From IMG/VR virus record IMGVR_UViG_3300032562_000003, positions 62,001 through 126,000 of that record: a DNA stretch of 64,000 nucleotides. One strand, written 5' to 3'. Within the stretch, counting starts at the first letter, position 1. Each line of letters starts with the position of its first letter. The notes under the pieces are model-generated. The model saw only the letters and a program-made list of their open reading frames with translations, was not told the DNA's origin and searched no databases. Shown here piece after piece: positions 17,887 to 27,463 of this stretch. The position numbers and the translations under genes were made by a program.

Positions 17887-19923
17887 TTACTTTGAAGTTG
17901 CCCTATACACTCCATCCCAGTTAACTGGTGGATTCTTAGCATATTCCTCTATACGGTCAATCATTTCCGTGTAGTACTTGTTTAGCTCTCCGCTCCAGAA
18001 CTTCTTCATATTAGAAGCATATGTTCTAGCAGAGTCCCATTCACCCTTACGATAGCTATCCAAGAATCTCAAGTGTTGTTTTTCTCCCGATGCATCATAT
18101 GAAGATAGGACAGTATAGATGCGAGCCGGTTCAGTTTTTCCTTTGACTGCAATAAGATCAAGTTCTACTACCTGATATTCATCTCTCACGTATTCGGCAG
18201 TTTTTGGTCCGATGATGATTTTGACCCCGTACGGTTTAGATTGACCTTCGAGGCGAGATGCAAGATTGACGCCGTCCCCAAGACAAGTATAGTCAAACCG
18301 CTGAGTGCTACCCATATTACCAACAACCACAGTATCAGTATTAATACCGAGGCCCATTCCAAAAGCCGGGACTCCTTCCAGTGTAATCTCATCGTTAAAT
18401 CTCTCTAATGCCTTCATCATCTCAAACGCCGTCTTGACAGCATCCTTAGCGTGTTGTTGATTACTAAGAGGTGCATTCCAAAATGCCATCTGAGCATCAC
18501 CTATGTACTTATCGAGGGTGCCGTTGTTCTCTAGAATTGCTTTTGTCATCGCAGTCATATAGCGATTCATGATCTTTGTAAGACCTTGAACATCTTTGCC
18601 GTAATGTTCAGAAATAGTAGTAAATCCACGAACATCTGTAAACATAATAGAAAGTTCTCTAGAATCACCTCCAAGTTGTAATAGTTCTGGATTCTTTTGT
18701 AATTTTTCAACCATAGCTGGAGATAGATAAGTTCCAAATTGCTTTTTGATTTGTTGCTTCTGTAAGAATTCTGAGATAAACTTGATTGTATAAATGTGCA
18801 AATAAAGTATCATTGCAATAAGTGCATTAAATGTTACATCTATTAGAATATGATTATGATTAAACATATAAACGGGGAAGTAAAGATAAACACCAATAAG
18901 AGCTATAATCCAAACTACAGAGAATCTTACTTTAGATAACAAAATGATTCCGAGAGCCAATACTACTAAAAGTGCATAATCCAATATTCCAGCCCAGTTT
19001 GGAATAGAAACTGTATCTCCATTAATTAGAGTTTGAAGAAGACTAGCTTGAACTGCTTGTGGAAATTGTGCACCAACTGGAGTAGCTACTGGATTGGCCA
19101 CACCTGAAGCAGTTACACCAAGAATTACAATTTTATTAAGCAAATCTGGAGTTTTGTCTCCAATATCAAATTGAGTAAACTTATAGTTCCAGTTCACAAA
19201 TACTCTAGAGTACTCATCTGTTTTAATAGTATTGAATGATGGAATTCTTAAAGCTTCCACACCAGTCTCGTTAATCTTAGCTTGATAAGATGGATCACCG
19301 GAAATTGCTCTTAACATTTCCATAGAAAAAGATGGATAGTATTCACCTTGAGACATTGATAATAAAGGTACACGGCGAACAACACCATCAGATTCCGGTA
19401 AAGTAGAAGTTACACCAATACCAACAGCAGCATCTTGAAATTCTGAAATATTATTAAGAACTGAAGGATAATTTGGCAAAAACTGTGTAGTTTTACCATC
19501 TCCAATTATAGCCACACCAGTTTTACGAATATTTTGATTTGGCTTAGATTGCGTCGATAGTGTCTGAGATAAAATTATTGGATGCTGTTTTAAAGTAGCA
19601 GTAAGATTTTTGTCTGTATTAAATCTATCTGGTTCAGAAAAGATTATTGTATTTCCAATTACACCAACACGATGTAAATACAAATCGTTGATTATTTTAG
19701 AATAAGTTTCTCTTGGAAAAGGATATTGTCCATATTTCTCTATAGTCTTATCTGATATATTTGCAATTACAATCTGTTCAGACTGTTTTGCTGGACCACG
19801 CATAAGATAATCATAGTATTTTAATTTGATTGCATCTACCAAAAATGGATTGGATATTTTAATAGTAAGTAATAGAGCAAAAGTAATAATCGCAAGCCAA
19901 GGCGATAGAAGAATCTTTTTCAT
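17887..19923 (-). CDS. CHASE2-domain class III adenylate cyclase
   Basis: N-terminal TM, periplasmic CHASE2 (YGQYPFPR, DGVVRRVPL), three TMs, then FTDVRGFT, DKYIGD and GDGVNLASRLEG. Confidence 0.93.
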   Translation of the reverse strand: MKKILLSPWLAIITFALLLTIKISNPFLVDAIKLKYYDYLMRGPAKQSEQIVIANISDKTIEKYGQYPFPRETYSKIINDLYLHRVGVIGNTIIFSEPDRFNTDKNLTATLKQHPIILSQTLSTQSKPNQNIRKTGVAIIGDGKTTQFLPNYPSVLNNISEFQDAAVGIGVTSTLPESDGVVRRVPLLSMSQGEYYPSFSMEMLRAISGDPSYQAKINETGVEALRIPSFNTIKTDEYSRVFVNWNYKFTQFDIGDKTPDLLNKIVILGVTASGVANPVATPVGAQFPQAVQASLLQTLINGDTVSIPNWAGILDYALLVVLALGIILLSKVRFSVVWIIALIGVYLYFPVYMFNHNHILIDVTFNALIAMILYLHIYTIKFISEFLQKQQIKKQFGTYLSPAMVEKLQKNPELLQLGGDSRELSIMFTDVRGFTTISEHYGKDVQGLTKIMNRYMTAMTKAILENNGTLDKYIGDAQMAFWNAPLSNQQHAKDAVKTAFEMMKALERFNDEITLEGVPAFGMGLGINTDTVVVGNMGSTQRFDYTCLGDGVNLASRLEGQSKPYGVKIIIGPKTAEYVRDEYQVVELDLIAVKGKTEPARIYTVLSSYDASGEKQHLRFLDSYRKGEWDSARTYASNMKKFWSGELNKYYTEMIDRIEEYAKNPPVNWDGVYRATSK

Positions 19924-19942
19924 AGTATAATCCCCGTTTTAA

Positions 19943-21094
19943 TTATTTATTTGCTATATTAGTTTGAATTATAGTTATATGACCATTTGGTCTACCGGTT
20001 CCTGATGTTGGCCATTTCTGCTCAGAGAAGTTATAATAATCATAAGATCCGTCTTGTATTGTTGTAATATCTACACCAGTTGCTTTTGGTAAAACCACAG
20101 TAACAACTTCTAGTTTAGCTTGAGATAATAAAGAATATGCCCAACCAATTTGAATTTGTTTTTTCAAAAGTGGAGAAATATCTGTATATAAAGTCTGTTT
20201 TAATGGAGCATCAGAATTATATTCTTCATATACTTGTAATAATTCTGACGGAGTTGGAGTTCTTTGAAGAGCAGCAAACACTTGATTTAAATCATCCGTT
20301 CCAGTATTAGGATCTTGGTTATTGTCTGCGGCCGCCCCAGCTGGATTTACTTTATTCTTAATATCTTTTCTAGCTTGTGTTAATAGATTAGCTCCTCCTT
20401 CAAGAGAAGGAGTTGAAAGTTGAATATTATTATCTGCCGATCTTCCTTCCATACTAATTACTGATGGAGTGCTTGGGGGACCAGAAGATGTTTCTACGAC
20501 TGTAGCCTGGAATGGTTTATCCATTTTAACTACTCCAGCAGCAGTAGCTACTTCAATAGCTCCAGTTTCACATTCTTTATCCATTCTAATCTCACCATTA
20601 TTCATAAAGCATTCTGGAACTAAAATTACTGTAGTTCTTCCTACTTCATCTACAGACATAAGGAAATCTGTTCCACGAACAGCTATGGTGGCAGTTGGAG
20701 TTCTAATATCTACTGAATTTGGATTGTTGTGAGCAATTGCTCCGGAGGTATATCGTACTGTTCCTAAAGCTACTTTAAGTCCAAGTTTTCCTTTAGATTT
20801 CTCATTATCATCATATACAAAATCATCAATGACTAATTTACTATTTTCAGTAATGTTAACTTTAGTCTGATCATTAAATGTAATTCCAAACTTACCCTGA
20901 CTATTAGTTATGATGGTGTCCATCTTCTCTATACCTGAACTTTTATTTGCCGGTATAGTAGAAGATGAACGTTTTATTTGTCCGCCGCCTTTAAAATCTG
21001 TTATTGCACCAATACTAGCAAAAGCTGGAGTAGCTAACAGAAGAAAAAAACTAGTGGCCAGTCTTAATGTTAATGTTACCATTATTTCCAACAC
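19943..21094 (-). CDS. FecR-domain exported protein
   Basis: Signal peptide ending AFA; DQTKVNITENSKLVID and IRTPTATIAVRGTDF. Exact start uncertain. Confidence 0.85.
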   Translation of the reverse strand: MLEIMVTLTLRLATSFFLLLATPAFASIGAITDFKGGGQIKRSSSTIPANKSSGIEKMDTIITNSQGKFGITFNDQTKVNITENSKLVIDDFVYDDNEKSKGKLGLKVALGTVRYTSGAIAHNNPNSVDIRTPTATIAVRGTDFLMSVDEVGRTTVILVPECFMNNGEIRMDKECETGAIEVATAAGVVKMDKPFQATVVETSSGPPSTPSVISMEGRSADNNIQLSTPSLEGGANLLTQARKDIKNKVNPAGAAADNNQDPNTGTDDLNQVFAALQRTPTPSELLQVYEEYNSDAPLKQTLYTDISPLLKKQIQIGWAYSLLSQAKLEVVTVVLPKATGVDITTIQDGSYDYYNFSEQKWPTSGTGRPNGHITIIQTNIANK

Positions 21095-21857
21095 TTGTCA
21101 CATTAATAACAGTTTCAGTAGCTCCATATTGTTGTGTAGTAATAGCATTTCCAGTTCCTGTTAGATTTACATATAGACTGTGCCCATATGTGCCACCAAG
21201 GTCTGTTTGTGTAGTATTTAAAGTATTGTAATCACCAGATACTAAGATTGTTTGAGAAGCATTTGGTGAAATTGCAGACATTGTTAATGAGTTATTTCCA
21301 CCAGTAATATCAAGGGTAGTTGTAATATTAGCACCTGCACCATGATAATTTAGAGAATTACTATCACCTGTAAATCTAGCATTAAAGTTTAGACCGGTAC
21401 AACTCGCGTCGCCTAAACTACTTCCACAACGAATTAGAGCATAGTTGCTATTTCCAATTTGTTGAAGAGATAATGAAGCATTATCTGTTCCAGCAGTACC
21501 AGATACAACTGAGATTAGGGCTTCATTATTATTACCAGTTTGAATACCAATAATAGATTGGTTAGCTCCTCTCAAATATACAGGATCTGTAAAAGTACCA
21601 AAGATATTTGTCTGGCCAGTTTGTTTAATATTAATATTAACATTATCACCAGATTGATTAATATAAACATCATTTGTCGTTGACATACTATCAGCATTAT
21701 TTTGATTTGGTGAAGTTGCTATAATAGATGGTGCTGATGGCGCACCAGGTAATGCCGCAGTTGCTGGAGTTGCGGGACCAGTTGGCGATGCAGTTTGAGC
21801 TAATGCTGGTGTAGTAAATAGCATCGCCATTATTGCTAGTGTTTTTAATAGTTTCAT
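21051..21857 (-). CDS. Curlin-like repeat protein
   Basis: Signal peptide, Pro/Ala linker, and repeated QxGxxN (INQSGDN, KQTGQTN, IQTGNNN, QQIGNSN). Confidence 0.75.
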   Translation of the reverse strand: MKLLKTLAIMAMLFTTPALAQTASPTGPATPATAALPGAPSAPSIIATSPNQNNADSMSTTNDVYINQSGDNVNINIKQTGQTNIFGTFTDPVYLRGANQSIIGIQTGNNNEALISVVSGTAGTDNASLSLQQIGNSNYALIRCGSSLGDASCTGLNFNARFTGDSNSLNYHGAGANITTTLDITGGNNSLTMSAISPNASQTILVSGDYNTLNTTQTDLGGTYGHSLYVNLTGTGNAITTQQYGATETVINVTSVGNNGNINIKTGH

Positions 21858-22675
21858 TTGTGTTTCTCCTGTGTGGTTTTATAATGCCATAGCCCTATTT
21901 TTTCACCACTCTTTATTAATTCAACAACACCTGTTTCTATGGCAGATCGAATAGCATAATTTTCCGGCTCATTCTTAGTTTGTTGTGAATCTATTTCAAA
22001 AGCATTAGTTCCCTGATTAAAGAAAGTAAATGCGCTAATGCCTTCAGAAGTAGACAATAGATTCTTTTCTACAGATACTGAAGTAAGTACTTCTCCAGTC
22101 TGTACAGACACCAATCTCATATTAATTGTTACTTGATCTTGGATATACTGCGTGTTTGGTCCAATACCAAGATATCTAGCACCATTTCCTCCAGTTTTTA
22201 TAGAAGAATTATAATCTATAATTGCGCCTTCTAGCAATACTCCTGCAACTAAAAGTGGAGGAAGAGCTTGAGCCTTATCGCCTTGTTCTTGCTCTCTCAT
22301 TTGACGAATAAGTTGGCGCTCTTTTACTAAATCATCTAATCCTACTCTTTCAACTGGCTTAAACCATTTCCCATTTCCAGCTTCATAAAGTGCTTTTACA
22401 ACGTAAGCATCTGCTCCCTGAGTTACTGCGGTAGAAAATGAACTTACAGTTTGAGAAGGTTTTCTTTGACCAGTTTTATCAATAAATGAATATACCGCAA
22501 TTGGAATAGGTGTACCATCTAATTCTGGAATATTATCAAATATATGCGGTTGAGCTGTATGAGTTATCTTTGGTGAATCTTTTTGAAGAAAAGACTGGTT
22601 TAATGCCGGAATAGATCCACCTAAACAGCCAGATAGAAATACACAAAGAAATGGAACTATAATTATTCTCTTCAT
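21854..22675 (-). CDS. csgG: Curli secretion channel CsgG (lipoprotein)
   Basis: Lipobox LSGC; AVYSFIDKTGQRK, FSTAVTQGA, ERVGLDDLVKERQLIR and RLVSVQTGEVL. Confidence 0.92.
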   Translation of the reverse strand: MKRIIIVPFLCVFLSGCLGGSIPALNQSFLQKDSPKITHTAQPHIFDNIPELDGTPIPIAVYSFIDKTGQRKPSQTVSSFSTAVTQGADAYVVKALYEAGNGKWFKPVERVGLDDLVKERQLIRQMREQEQGDKAQALPPLLVAGVLLEGAIIDYNSSIKTGGNGARYLGIGPNTQYIQDQVTINMRLVSVQTGEVLTSVSVEKNLLSTSEGISAFTFFNQGTNAFEIDSQQTKNEPENYAIRSAIETGVVELIKSGEKIGLWHYKTTQEKHK

Positions 22676-23124
22676 CAGAATGCAAACGTTGCTATTGGAA
22701 CAGTAACTATAGTTTGATTTCCATTTGTATCTACAACTGTAAGTGTTACACTGGTTCCAGATTTAACATATGATATTGTATCACCAGACAAATTAAACAT
22801 TCCGGAATTAGAAGAACTAGTTCCAGAGAATAGATTATTTGATAGCTGTGTAGCCAATTGAGAATATACTTGGCTTGTGAACAAAGCTATAAATTTTGCG
22901 GTTGGAGTACTGGCAGCAGCATTTTGTTGAGCTATTATAGAATTTTGTTTTGCGGTAGCTATAGTTTGTTTAGCTGATTCTTCTTGTTGATATGTAGAAG
23001 TAGCAAACGTGCCATAGCTGACCCCATTAAATATAGGATCTTTAAATTGTTGAACTAACTCCGAAGCAAATGCCGAACTACTCAAGCACGATGCAAACAG
23101 AGAAAGTAGTATGATCTTCTTCAT
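22675..23124 (-). CDS. csgF: Curli assembly protein CsgF-like
   Basis: Signal peptide followed by SELVQQFKDPIFNG (CsgF N-terminus pattern), directly upstream of csgG. Confidence 0.8.
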   Translation of the reverse strand: MKKIILLSLFASCLSSSAFASELVQQFKDPIFNGVSYGTFATSTYQQEESAKQTIATAKQNSIIAQQNAAASTPTAKFIALFTSQVYSQLATQLSNNLFSGTSSSNSGMFNLSGDTISYVKSGTSVTLTVVDTNGNQTIVTVPIATFAF

Positions 23125-23174
23125 AATACATATCTCCAAATATACTAACTATCACTATCAGCAGCTTTCTTATC

Positions 23175-23483
23175 TTAGTCGGTCCTGTGATCAGACCTGC
23201 TTAACTGGTTAATTGCTTTTTCTGCTTCTACTCTTCCATACTCGATTGTCTTGCCGCGTAAATGCAACACTGTTTTGACTTTTTGGTTTAGTCTAATTAG
23301 ATCATTATCTAGCATTCTAATACGGTCTATAAGTGCGATCAAAGTTGTATTAGCTTCGCCCAGCACTGGTTTAACTTCTTTAGTAGCCCACTCCCATACA
23401 TAGAATATGAGATATCCCATACCGACCGCTGCTATGATCGGAAAACCGTACTTGTTTACTAGATCAGCTAAGTCAGATCCCAT
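23175..23483 (-). CDS. Small membrane protein (TM plus coiled coil)
   Basis: KYGFPIIAAVGMGYLI and LIDRIRMLDNDLIRL; paralog of the next ORF. Confidence 0.75.
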   Translation of the reverse strand: MGSDLADLVNKYGFPIIAAVGMGYLIFYVWEWATKEVKPVLGEANTTLIALIDRIRMLDNDLIRLNQKVKTVLHLRGKTIEYGRVEAEKAINQLSRSDHRTD

Positions 23484-23764
23484 TAATCTCTCCGTGCATC
23501 TGTTTTACCATCGGCGCGGGCTATTCTATCTATATCTGGTTCTAGCCCTAAAGCGTTAGAAACCATAGTGTCAATACGAATAACATCATGATTCATGGTT
23601 TTTACACGATTGTCAAGCGCCGTGATGATGCCAGCCATACCTTTGATACTACCGGTGACGCCGGCAAGTATGAATTTCAGTGTTAGGAATACGAAGTATC
23701 CTGCACCCATTGCGGCCGCAATAGGAAAACCAACATCAGCAATAAGTTTTAGGAAATTTCCCAT
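23483..23764 (-). CDS. Small membrane protein (TM plus coiled coil)
   Basis: DVGFPIAAAMGAGYFV and LDNRVKTMNHDVIRI; TAATG coupling to the previous ORF. Confidence 0.75.
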   Translation of the reverse strand: MGNFLKLIADVGFPIAAAMGAGYFVFLTLKFILAGVTGSIKGMAGIITALDNRVKTMNHDVIRIDTMVSNALGLEPDIDRIARADGKTDARRD

Positions 23765-23856
23765 CTCTATCTCTTTAAACACGAACATGCCATAGCACAA
23801 CTGTACTATGACACATTAGTATTTAGTCAAAATGGGTAAAAAAATCGCTGTATATA

Positions 23857-24135
23857 TTACAGCGACTGCAGGACCTTAGCGAAATCGTCCTTGCTGCGAA
23901 TAGCGATGTCTTGCAGACGCTCGCGATCCATGGGCTTAAGGCGAGAGAACTTGCTCATGAATTGAGTGATGATATGAGTGGGAACAACCGCCTTAGTGCC
24001 ATCCTTAAAAACAATCGGATAGTTGCCCTTCAGATCAAGAACCTTCTTGAACTGCATGACGATGTGGGGGACCTGATCTTGATCAGGATCCGAGACCGAG
24101 TCAACTTCATTTTGGAAATCGTCGTAGATGTTCAT
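23857..24135 (-). CDS. Hypothetical early protein
   Basis: 92-aa ORF with SD AGAGGA and a sigma70 promoter. Confidence 0.75.
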   Translation of the reverse strand: MNIYDDFQNEVDSVSDPDQDQVPHIVMQFKKVLDLKGNYPIVFKDGTKAVVPTHIITQFMSKFSRLKPMDRERLQDIAIRSKDDFAKVLQSL

Positions 24136-24165
24136 AGTGGTGTAGTCCTCTGTTTGAATGAAGAC

Positions 24166-24194
24166 ATACTACTGTCCATCATTCAGAGTGTCAA
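24166..24194 (-). promoter_or_regulatory. Sigma70-type promoter
   Basis: TTGACA-N17-TAGTAT. Confidence 0.8.
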
Positions 24195-24203
24195 CCGAAA
24201 TTA

Positions 24204-26474
24204 TTATATTCTTTTAAAAAGAACATCACCCTTAATAGGAGTAATTAACTTGCTTTTATTTTGATTAAGCATCCCTGTTTGAAGATGCTTCACGATTTCA
24301 GGAGTTAAATGTCTAGCACGAAGTTCACCTAATCCAAACATATGAACCTCTACCGGATCGTCACCTTCTAAATCTTGAATAGCCAATATACGGTTACGAC
24401 CTTCGTGTCCTACTATTCTAGCTGACTCGCTGAAATCACCGTCTTCCCATTCAACGGGAAAATCAAAAATTAAAAATGGTGAACCTAATGCTCCGCCGGC
24501 CTGCATATGTTGTTTTATATGCTCTACTGATACTGGTTTATCTAAAGGTAGTGCCAAAGATAAGAATGTGCTAGGACGCATAAGAACACGCATTCCTCTG
24601 TACGCTACATTCGCATTGTATCCAGTAGCACCAAGACCTTCACCATTTATGTCGTTATCAACTTTATACTCGTTTACTGGCGAAGGTGTTGATCTATGAT
24701 TATTAGCTATTACTTGCATAATAGCATTAAATTTGTTTACTCTATCTTCAAGACCATGCAGCCCTGCGTTAATTGGTTTAGTCGCAGCCTGAGTATTGTT
24801 GAAATTAGTAACCTTAGGTGCAACTCTGTTTTGCCAAAACCAAACAGCAACCCTGGCTGCAACGTTTGGTCGTTCAACAAGTTCAGGTTGCTGCTCTAAT
24901 GGTAAACCTAAGGCTTTTCCTACCTTACGGTAATTTTCTCTACCTGTTAATTGAATGAATCCTCGCCCGTGATATCGTGCACCATCTCCTGGATGTGTGT
25001 TACCCAATAGCTTTGCTTTTTCTGGATTATATTTAGGATCATATTTCTTAAAATCTAATTTTCCGCCAAACTCTTTTAGTGACGAAAAATTTTGTGTCTC
25101 ATGTGCGCATTGTGCCAGAAACTGCGCAAGTTCGGTTCCGGTGATGCCAGCTGCCTGTGCTGCTCGTCTAAGTGCTACACCATATGGGTTAGTTAACCCG
25201 GACAGCGTTTGCTTTACTACAGCAGGATCAACCTTAGGTAATTGCACCTGATGTGATACCGGCATGTGTGGCGTAACTGGTTCTACTGTCTTGTTGGGCA
25301 TACCGTGCATACCCAAAGCTAATCCTGCAGCTACGCCCATACCTTTAGCGGCTGATTTCCAGTCTTCGTCTAATTCACTTGTAGAATTATCTTTGACTAG
25401 TGCCTTCTCTAATTTAGGATCAAGGGTAATTGCTAGCTTAACTGTATTAGGATTTGGATTTTTAATAAGTAGAATAGCAGCAGGATATTCGGTGACTGCT
25501 ATTTTTTGTACTTCCAGTGAAGGATTCTTGATGACCTGAATTGCGTCCGGAACTTCAATTACAATATCTCTTAATACCTTTTCATTTGGTTGAGGGTTCA
25601 TGCATCTCAATACAGAAGGACTATATACTGCTGCATCTACTAATAATCGATCCGGTATTTTAGATACATCTACATTATTACTAACTAGTTCTGAGATATA
25701 ATCATATGTATATTTGGTATTATTGATAAAAAGTAGATCCTTTTCTATAGATAAATCACGATCCACGTAGCTTCTCGGGCCGTATAACCAATCCTTTACG
25801 CGAGTTACTGCGCTAGAGTGCGGTACTCTAGCTAATTCAATTTTATCCTTTTTTTGTAAAGCTAGGTTGAGTAATTTTTCTGAAGATAACTTAGTTTCTG
25901 CTGCAAATGAACTGTGAGAAATTTCGTCATCCTCTGCATCAAAATATTGAGTATCCCCGTCGTATTCTGATCCTCGCATAGTGTTGTCAGAAGGCATTAG
26001 GTTGGTTACCGTGTGTGACGCGATTGCCCACTTGGCGCCGGACTGTTTATTGATACAATATATTAAAATAGATTCATCTTGATAGAAGTGTTGTTCAAAA
26101 TGACCTGGAGCACGTTTGGCTGTGCACCAATCAGTATTTTTACCATAGAAACAACTTGCATCTTTATCTAGAGGAACAATGACAAGCCACTTGTCATTGT
26201 CAACCAATGTAATACTTTTTCCAGGAATCTTTCCGCGCTTTAGTTGTCTTTTTGTTCTTGATGGATCGATAGAATTTACAAACTGCGTAAACTCACTAAA
26301 GGACTTCTTTCCCCACCAGTCAATATTTCGCTCAGTGCCACTAACTTGATTTTTGTTGACGAGTTCCTTAAAGGCGGCGATGGCTCTTTGTACATCCTCT
26401 GCAGGTACTCCTGAGTTAATATATTTCTGCGCTACTTCTTTGTAGCCCTCAGCGATGAATTCTGTTACTCGCAT
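24204..26474 (-). CDS. Multidomain protein: PcfJ-like, helical repeats, GH19 lysozyme-like and ParB-like
   Basis: SCFYGKNTDWCTA; KNP repeats; AQFLAQCAHET...YHGRGFIQLTGRENY; C-terminal IVGHEGRNR. Confidence 0.8.
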   Translation of the reverse strand: MRVTEFIAEGYKEVAQKYINSGVPAEDVQRAIAAFKELVNKNQVSGTERNIDWWGKKSFSEFTQFVNSIDPSRTKRQLKRGKIPGKSITLVDNDKWLVIVPLDKDASCFYGKNTDWCTAKRAPGHFEQHFYQDESILIYCINKQSGAKWAIASHTVTNLMPSDNTMRGSEYDGDTQYFDAEDDEISHSSFAAETKLSSEKLLNLALQKKDKIELARVPHSSAVTRVKDWLYGPRSYVDRDLSIEKDLLFINNTKYTYDYISELVSNNVDVSKIPDRLLVDAAVYSPSVLRCMNPQPNEKVLRDIVIEVPDAIQVIKNPSLEVQKIAVTEYPAAILLIKNPNPNTVKLAITLDPKLEKALVKDNSTSELDEDWKSAAKGMGVAAGLALGMHGMPNKTVEPVTPHMPVSHQVQLPKVDPAVVKQTLSGLTNPYGVALRRAAQAAGITGTELAQFLAQCAHETQNFSSLKEFGGKLDFKKYDPKYNPEKAKLLGNTHPGDGARYHGRGFIQLTGRENYRKVGKALGLPLEQQPELVERPNVAARVAVWFWQNRVAPKVTNFNNTQAATKPINAGLHGLEDRVNKFNAIMQVIANNHRSTPSPVNEYKVDNDINGEGLGATGYNANVAYRGMRVLMRPSTFLSLALPLDKPVSVEHIKQHMQAGGALGSPFLIFDFPVEWEDGDFSESARIVGHEGRNRILAIQDLEGDDPVEVHMFGLGELRARHLTPEIVKHLQTGMLNQNKSKLITPIKGDVLFKRI

Positions 26475-26477
26475 TTA

Positions 26478-27458
26478 TTAAGCCAATTCGGGTTGTTCAG
26501 GATTTTCTTTGGGTTCTGATGCAAATGCTGTTGGGAAATCACGTTTTATTCGACCTACTTCTTCTGCGATGTTCCACCCACCGTGTGTAATTCCCATATC
26601 CTTAGAGGCTTGTTTGAGGTCTTCTGAATGTTTTTCTAAAGCACTAACAATTTGCTTCATCAATCCCGGAAATAATTCAGCAAATTCAGCATCATTACGG
26701 TGCGGATAGCCTCTGTTATTTTGGTTTGCATCTACTAGCTGATTAGTCTGAGAATGCATTTGCCACTTTCCCTTAGGGTCATTCATGTTTTTCTTATCGA
26801 TGATACTCACAATCGGACCGTCTTTAGAATATCGGTTGAACCAACGTTCACCGTCACTGCTACCAGTACAGAATGATGCCTGAACACCCTCTTCATTGTT
26901 GAATGTATAGCAAGAACCGTAATTCAATGGTACCATGACAAAAAAGCGGTCGTCATTAATCAAAATGATTTCCTTTTTGTCTCGCTTCATCTTTGCAATA
27001 CGCTCAGCATCTTTAATTCTGGCCAATGCGTCTCTGTATTCTCTGCTACGAACTACATTATATAATTGTTCTAAAGAACGAAATCTATTAAAGTCTTGAT
27101 GTTCTGGGCGAAGGAGATTACGAATACTAAGTGCCTTCCATTGACCAAGAGCAGGTACTCCTTCACCTGATATATCTTCATAATCAGCAACGTGATTCAT
27201 ATATAGTCTAAGCAACCACTGATCAAACTTACCATCTCTGGATAGATCACCATATTCAGAATTGGCCAAAGCATTGTCTACCATATTAGCCCAAAGTAGT
27301 GCGATGTCATGGTCAGATGCGTTTGGGCCAATCGACGCCCTTTTTGCAGCAGGAAAGGTATGATCATGGCGAAGAGCCAATGCGATCATTTTTTCTGTTT
27401 TTGGATCATTTGCTATTTTAGCAGCTATAGTCTCAGTGAGATTTACTCTAGTTTTCAT
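26478..27458 (-). CDS. PcfJ-like domain protein (divergent)
   Basis: VPLNYGSCYTF...SFCTGS...KWQMH, homologous to the domain in 15500, 24204 and 30087. Confidence 0.6.
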   Translation of the reverse strand: MKTRVNLTETIAAKIANDPKTEKMIALALRHDHTFPAAKRASIGPNASDHDIALLWANMVDNALANSEYGDLSRDGKFDQWLLRLYMNHVADYEDISGEGVPALGQWKALSIRNLLRPEHQDFNRFRSLEQLYNVVRSREYRDALARIKDAERIAKMKRDKKEIILINDDRFFVMVPLNYGSCYTFNNEEGVQASFCTGSSDGERWFNRYSKDGPIVSIIDKKNMNDPKGKWQMHSQTNQLVDANQNNRGYPHRNDAEFAELFPGLMKQIVSALEKHSEDLKQASKDMGITHGGWNIAEEVGRIKRDFPTAFASEPKENPEQPELA

Positions 27459-27463
27459 GATTT

